Source: Vicinamibacterales bacterium (GTDB taxonomy: Bacteria; Acidobacteriota; Vicinamibacteria; Vicinamibacterales; SCN-69-37). Taken from it: 64,000 bases of DNA. The stretch's first letter is position 1, and every line of letters begins with the position of its first letter. The translations under genes and the position numbers were made by a program. The notes under the pieces were generated by a model, which searched no databases, had not been told where the DNA came from, and saw only the letters and a program-made list of their open reading frames with translations. The DNA lies in assembly GCA_040902895.1 (NCBI GenBank), contig JBBDWL010000056.1:16482-80481 (forward strand), in the 5' to 3' direction. Shown here piece after piece: positions 9,721 through 18,912 of this stretch.

Positions 9721-12700
9721 ATGTTTAAATCAGTGAAATGGATGGGCATGCTCGCGCTTGCGGTCATGGCCTTGTCGACGACCGCGTTTGCCCAGACGGC
9801 GGCGACCGGAAATATTGAAGGCGTGGTGACCGATGCCACCGGCGGCGTGCTGCCCGGTGTCACCGTGGTCGTGCGCAACACCGAAACGAATGCGACGCGC
9901 GAAGTGGTGACGGATGAAAACGGCCGCTACCGCGCCGCGGCCCTGCAGCCCGGCACCTATGAAGTGACGGTCACCCTCGCCGGTTTCCAGGCGAACCCGG
10001 TCACGAATATCGCGGTGCTCGTCGGCCAGACGCACGCCGTAGATCTCCAGATGCGCCCCGCTGGCGTAGCCGAGACGGTTACGGTCAGTGGCGAGGCGCC
10101 GGTCATCGATACGACCCGTACCGACGTCAGCTCCGTCGTCGGCGAAGCCGCGATTGCCAACCTGCCGATCAATGGACGCCGGTGGGAGAACTTCGTGCTC
10201 CTGACGCCGGGTGTGACCAACGACGGCAACTTTGGCCTGGTGAGTTATCGCGGGATCTCGGGTCTCTACAACAACAACACGATCGACGGCGTCGACAATA
10301 ACCAGGCTTTCTTCTCGGAGGCCCGCGGTCGCACGCGCGCGTCGTACTCGGTCAGTCAGTCGGCCATACGCGAGTTTCAAGTCGGCGTCAGCAACTTTTC
10401 GGCGGAATTCGGCCGCGCCGCCGGCGGCACGGTCAACGCGGTCACGCGCTCCGGGACCAACAGCTCGAAGGGCGAAGTGTTCTACTTCATCCGCGACGAC
10501 AAATTCATGGCGCGCGAGCCGTTCGCGTCAGGCGTCCCCGACGAGCGCCGCCAGCAGTTCGGCGCCAGCGCCGGCGGACCGATCCGTCAGGACAAGATTT
10601 TCTACTTCGTGAACTTCGACCAGCAGTTGCGCGACTTCCCTGGATTTGTTCGCCCGTCCAACGCCGCCAACTTCTACGGGTTCAACTGCACGGCACCGGG
10701 ATGCGACGCGACCAGGAGCTTCTTCGAGGGCCTGGAGGGCTTCTTCGATCGCACGGGCAACAACCGCATCCTGCTCGGCAAGGTCGACACGCGCATCAAC
10801 GACAAACACACGCTGACGCTGCAGTACAACATGCACCGCTGGAACTCGACCAACGGCATTCAGACGCAGCCGATTCTGAGCGGCACGTCGAACCTCGCCA
10901 ACGGCGACGATATCGTCAAGACCGACTTCGGCGTCGCGACGCTCAACTCGGTGCTGACCAACCGTCTGATCAACGAGTTCCGCGTGCAGATTGGCCGCGA
11001 CTTCGAGGCACAGACACCGAACTCGGAAGGTCCGAGCACGACCGTGAGCAACGGCATCTCGTTTGGCATGCCGAACTTCCTGCCGCGGCCGAAGTATCCG
11101 GACGAGCGACGGTATCAGGTCATCAACAACATCACCTACTACGCCGGCGCGCACAGCATCAAGACCGGGCTCGACATCAACTACGTCACGCAGGACATCA
11201 TCAACCTGTTTCAGGGCGGCGGTGTGTACAGCTACAGCAACCTCCAGGCCATTGCGGCGGACTGCCCGCAAGGCGCATCAGGGTGCACGCGGCTGGCCGA
11301 CGCGACTCCGGGACGCCACTACAACAACTACATCCAGCAGTTCGACCTCCGGGGGGGCGGCCTGCGCGGCGACGCGTACTTCACGACGACCGACTACAAC
11401 TTCTTCATTCAGGACACGTGGAACGCCACGAAGCAGCTGACGGTCACCGCGGGACTGCGGTACGAGTATCAGCAGCTTCCCCAGCCGGGCGAAGCGGAAG
11501 TGAACGGGGTCGTGCTCAACGGCAATCCGGAGTACCCGCAGACGATGTCGTTCAACCAGGACACGAACAACTGGGGTCCGCGCATCGGCGCGAACTACGA
11601 CGTGTTCGGCGATCGCACCACGGTGCTCCGCGGCGGCTACGGCATCTATTTCGGCCGCACGAGCAACAGCGTGCTGTTCAGCGCCCTCACGAGCAACGCG
11701 GTGACGTTCGCCACGTACAGCTTCAACGCGTCGTCGGCCGGTGCGCCGACATATCCGAATGTGCTGACGGACCCGCCCACGACCACGGGCGCACGTCCAA
11801 ATATCCAGTACCTCTCGCCCGACCTCGAGCGGCCGGAGATCCACATGGCCGACCTGGTGCTCGAGCGCCAGCTGCCCTGGAACATGACCGGCTCGGTCTC
11901 GTACCTGTTCAGCAGGGGCACGAAGCTGCCGACCTTCATCGACCGCAACCTGCCGGCCGCGAGCGCGACGATCAACTATGTGCTGGACGGCGAAGTCGTC
12001 GGCACGGCGCCGTTCTATCGCGGCTCGAGACCCGACACCAAGGTCGGATCGGCCATCGAAGTCGTGAGCGACGTGGAGTCGACCTATCACGCGCTGGTGC
12101 TGCAGGCGAACAAGCGCTTCAGCCAGGGCCTGCTGTTCAACACGAGCTATACGCTGGCGAACGCGCGTGACACGGGCCAGAACTCGACGACCTTCATCTC
12201 GAACTTCATGACGGTGTTCGATCCGGCGAACATCGCGGCGGAAGAGGGCACCGCGAACAGCGACCGCCGTCACCGTTTCGTGGCGAGCTGGCACTATGCA
12301 CCGGGATTCCTCTACGGCGTGCAGGCCGGCGGCGTGGTCACGCTGGAAAGTGGGCTTCCACTCGACGCGACGATCGGCAGCGGCGGGTTGACGGGGACCG
12401 GCGCGGTGCTGACGACCGCCAGCAACGGCGCCGGCGGCACGTTCCGCGCGCCCTTCGAAGAGCGAAACGCCTATCGGCAGAGCGGGCGCAAGACGCTGGA
12501 CTTTCGCCTCTCCAAGGAATTCGGCCTTGGCGGCGGCAGGCGCCTCGTCGCGCTCGCCGAGGCGTTCAACCTGTTCAACTGGACCAACTACACGGGAGCC
12601 TCGAACCAGAAGTACAGAAGTTCCGGCAACGCCGTCTTCAATGCGGCGACCAATACGGTCACGATGAACCTGGTCGAACAGACCACATTCGGCAATCCGA

Positions 12701-12765
12701 GCTCCGCGAGCAACACGCTGTTCGGACCGCGCGACGTGCAGTTCGGCCTGAAGTTCATCTGGTAG
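9721..12765 (+). CDS. TonB-dependent receptor with N-terminal carboxypeptidase-regulatory-like domain
   Basis: 1014 aa with a signal peptide. TGNIEGVVTDATGGVLPGVTVVVRNTETNATREVVTDENGRYRAAALQPGTYEVTV is the CarboxypepD_reg domain. It also has plug/barrel regions and a C-terminal ...FGLKFIW. Confidence 0.88.
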   Translation: MFKSVKWMGMLALAVMALSTTAFAQTAATGNIEGVVTDATGGVLPGVTVVVRNTETNATREVVTDENGRYRAAALQPGTYEVTVTLAGFQANPVTNIAVLVGQTHAVDLQMRPAGVAETVTVSGEAPVIDTTRTDVSSVVGEAAIANLPINGRRWENFVLLTPGVTNDGNFGLVSYRGISGLYNNNTIDGVDNNQAFFSEARGRTRASYSVSQSAIREFQVGVSNFSAEFGRAAGGTVNAVTRSGTNSSKGEVFYFIRDDKFMAREPFASGVPDERRQQFGASAGGPIRQDKIFYFVNFDQQLRDFPGFVRPSNAANFYGFNCTAPGCDATRSFFEGLEGFFDRTGNNRILLGKVDTRINDKHTLTLQYNMHRWNSTNGIQTQPILSGTSNLANGDDIVKTDFGVATLNSVLTNRLINEFRVQIGRDFEAQTPNSEGPSTTVSNGISFGMPNFLPRPKYPDERRYQVINNITYYAGAHSIKTGLDINYVTQDIINLFQGGGVYSYSNLQAIAADCPQGASGCTRLADATPGRHYNNYIQQFDLRGGGLRGDAYFTTTDYNFFIQDTWNATKQLTVTAGLRYEYQQLPQPGEAEVNGVVLNGNPEYPQTMSFNQDTNNWGPRIGANYDVFGDRTTVLRGGYGIYFGRTSNSVLFSALTSNAVTFATYSFNASSAGAPTYPNVLTDPPTTTGARPNIQYLSPDLERPEIHMADLVLERQLPWNMTGSVSYLFSRGTKLPTFIDRNLPAASATINYVLDGEVVGTAPFYRGSRPDTKVGSAIEVVSDVESTYHALVLQANKRFSQGLLFNTSYTLANARDTGQNSTTFISNFMTVFDPANIAAEEGTANSDRRHRFVASWHYAPGFLYGVQAGGVVTLESGLPLDATIGSGGLTGTGAVLTTASNGAGGTFRAPFEERNAYRQSGRKTLDFRLSKEFGLGGGRRLVALAEAFNLFNWTNYTGASNQKYRSSGNAVFNAATNTVTMNLVEQTTFGNPSSASNTLFGPRDVQFGLKFIW

Positions 12766-12788
12766 GAACCGGCGTCGACAGAAGGCGC

Positions 12789-12817
12789 CGCCCACCGGGG
12801 CGGCTCTTTCTGTTTAA
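12789..12817 (+). terminator. rho-independent terminator after the TonB-dependent receptor
   Basis: GCCGCCC-accg-GGGCGGC stem-loop followed by tctttctgttt. Confidence 0.6.
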
Positions 12818-12830
12818 GGACGGTCGTGAT

Positions 12831-12849
12831 ATATGTCTACACGACATAT
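12831..12849. promoter_or_regulatory. candidate PadR operator (perfect 7-bp inverted repeat)
   Basis: ATATGTC-tacac-GACATAT, containing an ATGT...ACAT core like known PadR operators. It overlaps both candidate padR start codons (12833 and 12848). Confidence 0.45.
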
Positions 12850-13192
12850 GTCCAGGAAACTGACCGAGCGCGATCTCAAGCGAAGCAGCGCCGCCCTCCT
12901 CGTCCTCGCGCTGGTGGATAAGGGCCCGCGCCACGGCTACGAGATCGCCAAGGAAATCGAGAGCCAGTCGGGCGGGACCATCAGCTTCAACATCGCCTCG
13001 CTGTATCCCCTGCTCTACCGCCTCGAGCGGCGCGGATGGATCGTCGGCCAATGGCGCCAGCCGGCCGGCGAACGCAGACGACGCTTTTATCGCATCACCG
13101 CCGAAGGCCGCCGCACCCTGGCCGGCGAACGCGGGCTGTGGCAGTCCTTCGTGCTCGCCCTGGATCGAATCGCGGATCTCAAGAAGACCTGA
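12833..13192 (+). CDS. PadR-family transcriptional regulator
   Basis: LVLALVDKGPRHGYEIAKEIESQSGGTISFNIASLYPLLYRLERRGWIVGQW...RRFYRITAEGRR is the PadR winged helix. The start may instead be ATG 12848. Confidence 0.9.
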   Translation: MSTRHMSRKLTERDLKRSSAALLVLALVDKGPRHGYEIAKEIESQSGGTISFNIASLYPLLYRLERRGWIVGQWRQPAGERRRRFYRITAEGRRTLAGERGLWQSFVLALDRIADLKKT

Positions 13193-13193
13193 C

Positions 13194-14172
13194 GTGCCGA
13201 TGGACTGGCGTAGCCGCGTTCGAGAGGCCATGCCTCGCATCACGGGCGATACCCGCCGCGATGCCGACATCCACGACGAGCTTGCGCAGCACCTCGCCGA
13301 TCGCGAGCGCGATCTGCTGGCGGCCGGCGTGCCGGATGACTCCCGACTACTTTGCCGCGATGCGCATTCCCATCCTTCGCGGCCGCAGCTTCACGACGGC
13401 CGATCGCGCCGACGCACCGCGCGTCGTCATCGTCAACCAGGCACTGGCCCGGCAGCATTGGCCTGACGGCAATGCCGTAGGCAAACGGATCAACTTTCGC
13501 CCGGGTCAGATGCCCTGGTCGGAGATTGTCGGGATCGCCGGCGACACGCGCGACGAGGGCGCTGCGCAAGATGCTCCGCCGACCATCTACGTGCCATTCG
13601 CCCAGCGCGCTCCCAACTGGACCTGGATGTCGTGGCAGACATTGCTCGTCCGCGCACGAAACGGAGACGCCGAGGCGCTGGTGCCCGAGGTCCGATCGAC
13701 GCTCTGGTCGCTCGATCCCAACCTGCCGCTGCTGACGGTCTCGACGGTTGACGCGCTGCTGGCCGAACAGGAGGCAAGACGGCGGATGGCGGGGGCGCTG
13801 TTGCTCGCCTTCGCGATGCTTGCCGTCCTGCTGGCCACGATCGGCGTCTACGGCGTGATGTCGTACAGCGTGTCCGAGCAGCGCCAGGAGATCGGGATTC
13901 GGCTGGCACTGGGGGCGACGCCGTCGGCGGTGGCGTCAGCCATCGTTCGCCGGGGTCTGGTGCTGGCAGGCACAGGCGTCGTGATCGGGCTCGGTGCGGC
14001 CGCGGTGGCGACGCGGTCGCTCGGAACGTTGCTCTATCAGGTGGAGCCGACGGATCCATCGACATTCTCGGCCACCGCCGCCGTGCTGTTGGCAACCGCC
14101 ATGCTCGCTTCCTGGCTGCCTGCGCGGCGAGCGATGCGCGTCGATCCGATGATCGCGATGCGCGACGTGTAG
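13194..14172 (+). pseudogene. ADOP-family permease remnant (large internal deletion plus frame change)
   Basis: The frame starting at 13194 encodes only the ADOP N-terminal leader (MPMDWRSRVREAMPRITGD...DELAQHLADRERDLLAAGV). Near 13330-13340, reading switches to the frame of track ORF 13036..14172 (TPDYFAAMRIPILRGRSF...). That part corresponds to the last periplasmic domain plus the second FtsX block, ending VDPMIAMRDV. Intact paralogs in this window are 819 and 871 aa. Confidence 0.7.
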
Positions 14173-14180
14173 CAGCGAGG

Positions 14181-15143
14181 TCATCGTACGGCTGGCGGCG
14201 GCTCCCGGGTCGGCGGCGGCGGAATCCTCCGCCTGATCACGCCGGAATCGACGATCGCGCCGCTGCGCGAAATGACGTTGAAGAACATCTGATCGTCGAT
14301 AATCTCACCCGCGAAGAAGGTCAGATCGCTGTCAAACCCCTTGTCGGTGATACCAGAGCGCGTGTCGATATCGCTCTCGCGCAGCTTGCCGCCGGCGCCA
14401 ATCACGAAATACGTGATGCCGCGCTGCGGCTTCACGCGTTCGTAGAAGTGATCGTGCCCGGTGAACGCGACGCTCACGTTGTGGTTCACGAAGAGGGGCT
14501 CGAGCACTCTGCGCAGCCGCAGGTCGGAGCCGTGCCGGCCGCCTGAGGAGTACAGGGGGTGGTGGAAGAAGACAATCTTCCACTCGCTCGTCGATCCCTT
14601 CAATTCCTTCTCGACCCAGGCGATCTGTTCGGGCTCCATGTAACTGCTTTCGAGCGCGAAGAACCGCACGTCGGCCGCGGGGTTGAACGTGTAATACAGG
14701 CGCCCGTCCATGTTGAACAGCTTGTAATAGCGCTGTTCGCGCTGGTCGTGATTGCCCAGCGACGCATAGAACTTCACACCGGCATCCAGCAGGGGCTTGT
14801 ACGGCAGCTCGAACTTGTTCCTGAAGTCCTGCGGCCGCTCCGAGCCATAGAGATTGTCGCCAGTGAGGATCACGGTCTCGTACTTGAAGCGCGAGTGCAG
14901 CGCGGCCATCTGCGCGCCCATCTCGTACTGATCGCGATCTCCGGTCCCGAAGTCGCCAAGCACGCCGAACTTGAACGACCCGTCGCGGTTCGGCAGCTGC
15001 ACGACTCCCTGCGGCGCCTGCCGGGTTCCGCCGGATTGCGCGTCGCTCTCGCTGCAGGCAATCGCGCCTCCCGCGCCCACGGCGACGATGAGGAGCGCCA
15101 GCATCCACGCCATGCCCGCCAGCCGGCTAGCGAGGCAGCGCAT
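14181..15143 (-). CDS. calcineurin-like metallophosphoesterase (purple-acid-phosphatase-like)
   Basis: FGVLGDFGTGD...LTGDNLYG...GNHD...FFHHPLYSSG...FTGHDHFYER are metallophosphoesterase motifs. The start was chosen at MRCLASRLAG...; alternatives are 15182 and 15113. Confidence 0.85.
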   Translation of the reverse strand: MRCLASRLAGMAWMLALLIVAVGAGGAIACSESDAQSGGTRQAPQGVVQLPNRDGSFKFGVLGDFGTGDRDQYEMGAQMAALHSRFKYETVILTGDNLYGSERPQDFRNKFELPYKPLLDAGVKFYASLGNHDQREQRYYKLFNMDGRLYYTFNPAADVRFFALESSYMEPEQIAWVEKELKGSTSEWKIVFFHHPLYSSGGRHGSDLRLRRVLEPLFVNHNVSVAFTGHDHFYERVKPQRGITYFVIGAGGKLRESDIDTRSGITDKGFDSDLTFFAGEIIDDQMFFNVISRSGAIVDSGVIRRRIPPPPTREPPPAVR

Positions 15144-15777
15144 GTTCGATGTAATCCGCAATGGTGTGTGCATGGGCGTCAAGAAGAATGAGGGCGTCGC
15201 CGACGAACCGGTACTCGAGATCTTCCGTGAGCTTCGGCAGCGTCTGCAGCACGTCGGGCGGCACGGTCGTCAGCGGCACGGTGTCGGGATAGCGGGCGTT
15301 CACGACAAGCTTGTAGTCATTCAGGCTCAGCGGGTTCTCGTCCATGATCGATGCCTTCAACTGCTTGCCTCCGGGTCCTGCAAAGACGTCAGAGAGCAGG
15401 CGGAGGATCACCGGCCGCGCCTCGGGCGTGAAGATATCGCCTGGCTTTGCGGACGCGCGCTCCTGACGGATGCGCTGCTCGAACGCCCGCTGCCGCGCGT
15501 CGATCTGCTGCGGCGTGGCGTCAGTCGGCAGCTTCGGCAGCGCGTCTTCCACTTTCAGATGCAGATCCAGATACGCCTTCAGGCGGTCGTTCATGGTCGC
15601 GAGGGCTCTGGCCTCTTCGGGACTGAGCGGCCCAACGACTCGCTCGGTGGGCGGTGCATTCTCAGGACTTGCTGAGGTTGCGGGGGAAGGTTCCGGGGCT
15701 TCCTCTGCACGGCAGCCGCGGCATCCCGCGGTCGCAAGCACAGCGGTCATCGCTACACACAGGAATGCCGGGCGCAT
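15127..15777 (-). CDS. hypothetical lipoprotein
   Basis: MRPAFLCVAMTAVLATAGC is a lipoprotein signal. No family recognised. Confidence 0.55.
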   Translation of the reverse strand: MRPAFLCVAMTAVLATAGCRGCRAEEAPEPSPATSASPENAPPTERVVGPLSPEEARALATMNDRLKAYLDLHLKVEDALPKLPTDATPQQIDARQRAFEQRIRQERASAKPGDIFTPEARPVILRLLSDVFAGPGGKQLKASIMDENPLSLNDYKLVVNARYPDTVPLTTVPPDVLQTLPKLTEDLEYRFVGDALILLDAHAHTIADYIEHALPR

Positions 15778-15935
15778 GGAGGCCTCTCATGCACGATCCT
15801 CACCTGGCCTGCAGTTGCAGAGCTTGGGGTGCGAAAAAGAAGCCGGCGGCTGCGAGCACTGAAGCATTTGGATCGCTCGATCCTGAATCCGGCGCGACGG
15901 CGTGTACTGCACGCCCAAGGCGCCGCTCACCGTCA

Positions 15936-16097
15936 GCGTGTTGGCAGGCTGAACGCTGGGTGGTTTCGACCGAGGCGTTCGGCAGCTGCGGCCGGAAAAC
16001 CCATCGTCAATCCCACTTGTCCGCCCTCCTGGGCGCGGGACGATGCGGGAAAGACCGTCAGAGACAGAGCGGCCAGCAGTAGTGCGCGGATATACAT
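15936..16097 (-). CDS. small secreted peptide ORF (53 aa, below the ORF-track cutoff)
   Basis: Hand translation gives MYIRALLLAALSLTVFPASSRAQEGGQVGLTMGFPAAAAERLGRNHPAFSLPTR. A GGAGG sits 4 nt upstream of the ATG, and the N-terminus is signal-peptide-like. Confidence 0.3.
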
Positions 16098-16151
16098 CAG
16101 ACCTCCATTTTGGAATGTAATGCACGAAGGGGCGCGCCCGAGGAGCTGCGC

Positions 16152-16871
16152 TCAGGAATCGCAAAGACGCAGGAAAACAAAGCCGCGCTGCCGCAGCCGT
16201 GGCACCAGCAGCCTGACGGTACCCGCCGCATGACGCCGATCGGCGCGCGGATCGCGATGGTGTCCGTCGTGAATCACCACGATGTCGCCGGCTGAGGCTT
16301 TGCGAAGCAGCCGCGCGGCCACGCGTTCGGCGTTCGGTGTGCGCCACCAGTCCCAGTCCCACATGCCCCACGACCAGCCGGCCAGCGTGAAGCCGGCTTG
16401 CTCGAGCCCCTCGTACATCGCGCCGCTGCGCCATCCGGCATGCGGACGGAACAGGCGGCAGGGCTGCGCGCCGCTGATCGAAGCGATGCGATCGGCCTGG
16501 CGCCGCAGGTCGGCGGCAAAGGCGCGCGGCGCCGTGACCATGGGACGCCGGTTGCCGGTGTGCAGCGCAATCGCATGACCTTCGGCGGCGATGCGCTTCA
16601 CGATAGGCGCGGTCTCTGGCGTGATGTGACGATCGATGAGAAAGAACGTCGCGTGCACATCCTGCTCTTTCAGGGCATCGAGCAGTGCCGGCGTCCACGC
16701 CGGATTCGGCCCATCGTCGAAGGTCAGGTAGATTGCCGGCGGCGCGCCGGCCGGCTGCTTGACCCGCCAGAGCGAGTCACCGGGCCGAAAGGCCTCCAGC
16801 AGAAACGGAAACGGCGCGGTATGCGTGAGCGCGACGAGACCGCCGATGAGAATCAGCGCGAGGGCAAACAT
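16152..16871 (-). CDS. polysaccharide deacetylase (NodB homology domain) family protein
   Basis: IYLTFDDGPNPAWTPALLDALKEQDVHATFFLI...GHAIALHT are NodB motifs. It has an N-terminal TM segment. Confidence 0.85.
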   Translation of the reverse strand: MFALALILIGGLVALTHTAPFPFLLEAFRPGDSLWRVKQPAGAPPAIYLTFDDGPNPAWTPALLDALKEQDVHATFFLIDRHITPETAPIVKRIAAEGHAIALHTGNRRPMVTAPRAFAADLRRQADRIASISGAQPCRLFRPHAGWRSGAMYEGLEQAGFTLAGWSWGMWDWDWWRTPNAERVAARLLRKASAGDIVVIHDGHHRDPRADRRHAAGTVRLLVPRLRQRGFVFLRLCDS

Positions 16872-16898
16872 CCCTCAGATTATGCTCCTCGGCGCGCT

Positions 16899-18050
16899 TC
16901 AGAAGACGTGACTGAGCGCGAGGGCGGTGGTGTGGCCGCGGCGCTGGACGCGTTGTTCGATCTGCAGGCGCAGCGCCTGGCGAAAGGCCGCCGGGCCAAA
17001 CGGCAGGTGCACGTTGCCGTACAACAGCACCGCCGCGGGCGTGTTGGGCGCGGTGCGATCGTCGTAGCGGATGCCGGCGGCCAGCGCCCGCGAGACCGTG
17101 TACTCCCCGCCGACGCTGAAGCGCATGTCGGCGGAGGTGGGCGCCCAGAACCGGCCGGCCGCCGCCATGATCATGAAGCGCGGCGTGAGATCGCGCGTCA
17201 CGGCAAGCGACGCAAGGCGTCGATCGTCTCCAGCGAATGCGTGCGCACCGAACGTGTTCGTGCCCGATCGCCGGAAGGCTTCGACGAAGACGCCTTTCAG
17301 CCGGCCTTCAAGCTCGAAGCTGGCGGCGTCGGTGAAAGGAATCGTCAGCTCGCCCGCGAGCGGCAGCGTCACGCCGGCGAACCATCCATCCCCGGGCGAC
17401 CGATCCGTGCGCTGTTGATATTCCAGCCGCACGGCCGGCTGCCGTCCGGATGGAGAGAACGCGCGCAGGCTCGTCAAACGAGACGAGCTCGCGGCCGTGG
17501 CCGACGGCAGGCTGCTCGAGAACGCCAGCGGCTCGGAAAGCCCAAGGCGCTGCGAGACATCAATCTGATTCAACGCCCTGAACTGCCCCGCCGTAAGTGA
17601 CAGTCCGCTGCTGCTGGAAACCGGAATCCTGACAAAGAGATCTTCGAATCGCCCCGATCGGTTCACGAGATGTCCGTTGCCGCCGACGCTCAGGCTGAGC
17701 GCGCGCCATTCGATGAAGTACGCCGCGCCCCTGCCGCCAATCGGTCCGCTCGACAGGATCTCGACCCGGCCCGGGAAGCCTTTGGTGAAGTCTGCGCTGT
17801 GGCGGGCTTCGACGTCGAAGGTGTTCCAGACCGCCACGGGCACAGTCGAATGAGATGGCATTGGGCGGATGCCCTCGAAGCGATAGCCATTGGCGAGAAA
17901 CGCCAGCCCGCGCTCATTGAGGCGAGGTGGCGCTACGTGGCAATACGAACAATCGAGCTGATACTGGCGCGCGAACTGGGGCGTGGCCGCCAGCTCGAGA
18001 CCGCCGAGGAGGAAGAACGCGATAACGGCCCATGCGTGACGGTGCGGCAT
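16899..18050 (-). CDS. putative outer-membrane beta-barrel protein with an N-terminal CXXCH motif
   Basis: A signal peptide is followed by FARQYQLDCSYCHVAPPRLNERGLAFLANGYRF (CSYCH = CXXCH). The rest is beta-rich and ends ...ALSHVF with a terminal aromatic. Confidence 0.55.
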   Translation of the reverse strand: MPHRHAWAVIAFFLLGGLELAATPQFARQYQLDCSYCHVAPPRLNERGLAFLANGYRFEGIRPMPSHSTVPVAVWNTFDVEARHSADFTKGFPGRVEILSSGPIGGRGAAYFIEWRALSLSVGGNGHLVNRSGRFEDLFVRIPVSSSSGLSLTAGQFRALNQIDVSQRLGLSEPLAFSSSLPSATAASSSRLTSLRAFSPSGRQPAVRLEYQQRTDRSPGDGWFAGVTLPLAGELTIPFTDAASFELEGRLKGVFVEAFRRSGTNTFGAHAFAGDDRRLASLAVTRDLTPRFMIMAAAGRFWAPTSADMRFSVGGEYTVSRALAAGIRYDDRTAPNTPAAVLLYGNVHLPFGPAAFRQALRLQIEQRVQRRGHTTALALSHVF

Positions 18051-18071
18051 GGGCGCATTCTATAACTCAAA

Positions 18072-18869
18072 TTAGATATTTTGACCGATAAAAATACTTA
18101 CTTTGCCCTTTAGAGTCTCGACGCCATACGTGCGGATCCCTTCCTTTGCCGGCCCGCATCGCACCGCGCCCGAATTGACGTCGAACTGCGACCCATGCCA
18201 GAGGCACTGCACCGTCGATCCGATCATCACGCCGCCGGCAAGGGATCCCCCGCGGTGCGTGCAGCGATCGTCGAACGCTACGTACCCGTCTTCGGTGCGT
18301 CCAAGCGCGATGCGGCGTCCGCCGATGTGCAGCAGCTTCATCTGCCCCGGCTGCAGTTCGTCTTCTTCCGCCACCACGATGGCATCGGGCGATGCGTCAA
18401 ACGACGCCTCCTTCCACTTGCCCGCGCCGGCATAGCGGTGATCGACGCCAATCATGTTGCGATTGACGAGGGTGCCTCCGAGCCATCCCGCATAGAACAG
18501 CACCGCGGTGCCCGCCGCCTCGACGGCTATCGCCGCGGGCGCGGGATCGGAGGCGTCGCCTCTCATCGCGAGCGAAACGCCGAACAGCGCGAGCGCGGTC
18601 GTGTTCAGCAAACCGTGCATCCGCGCGCGCCGCTTGCCGGAGCTGCGCGGTGGCACCGTCGCAACGAAGTCGATGACGCCAGGCACGGCCGCCACCAGGC
18701 CGAAGACGATGCCCGCGTAGGCGAGATAGCGCGACGTCTCTGTGAACGATGGAATCTGCAGAAGCCACCCGGCCAGGTCGAAGAGCAGAGCGCCGGTGAG
18801 AAAGGCAAACGGAAACGGAATCAGGGCGGGATGCAGGGGGTGTCCCTGAAAGCTTGCTCGGCTGCGCAT
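18072..18869 (-). CDS. membrane DUF2231 domain fused to a Rieske [2Fe-2S] domain
   Basis: Start moved to the ATG preceded by GGAGGA. MRSRASFQGHPLHPALIPFPFAFLTGALLFD is DUF2231-like with multiple TM segments. The C-terminal CTHRGGSL...CLWHGSQF matches the Rieske CxH...CxxH motif. Confidence 0.8.
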   Translation of the reverse strand: MRSRASFQGHPLHPALIPFPFAFLTGALLFDLAGWLLQIPSFTETSRYLAYAGIVFGLVAAVPGVIDFVATVPPRSSGKRRARMHGLLNTTALALFGVSLAMRGDASDPAPAAIAVEAAGTAVLFYAGWLGGTLVNRNMIGVDHRYAGAGKWKEASFDASPDAIVVAEEDELQPGQMKLLHIGGRRIALGRTEDGYVAFDDRCTHRGGSLAGGVMIGSTVQCLWHGSQFDVNSGAVRCGPAKEGIRTYGVETLKGKVSIFIGQNI

Positions 18870-18912
18870 CGGTCCTCCGGCACCGCCCGCCTGCACATCC
18901 GTTGCCGCGCTA

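Noticed and set aside
13325-13345. Possibility that the frame change in the ADOP remnant is a programmed ribosomal frameshift
   Set aside because: There is no slippery heptamer or downstream structure. The two parts correspond to regions about 500 residues apart in intact paralogs, so a deletion explains it better.
16398-17600. 400-aa plus-strand ORF, and similar long ORFs at 30907-32124, 35905-37161, 47921-49015 and 53702-54742
   Set aside because: All are antisense to genes with recognisable domains (the deacetylase and OMP-like genes, VWA, sulfatase-like, histidine kinase, AstE-like). All have the Arg/His/Asp-rich look of reverse-frame translation.
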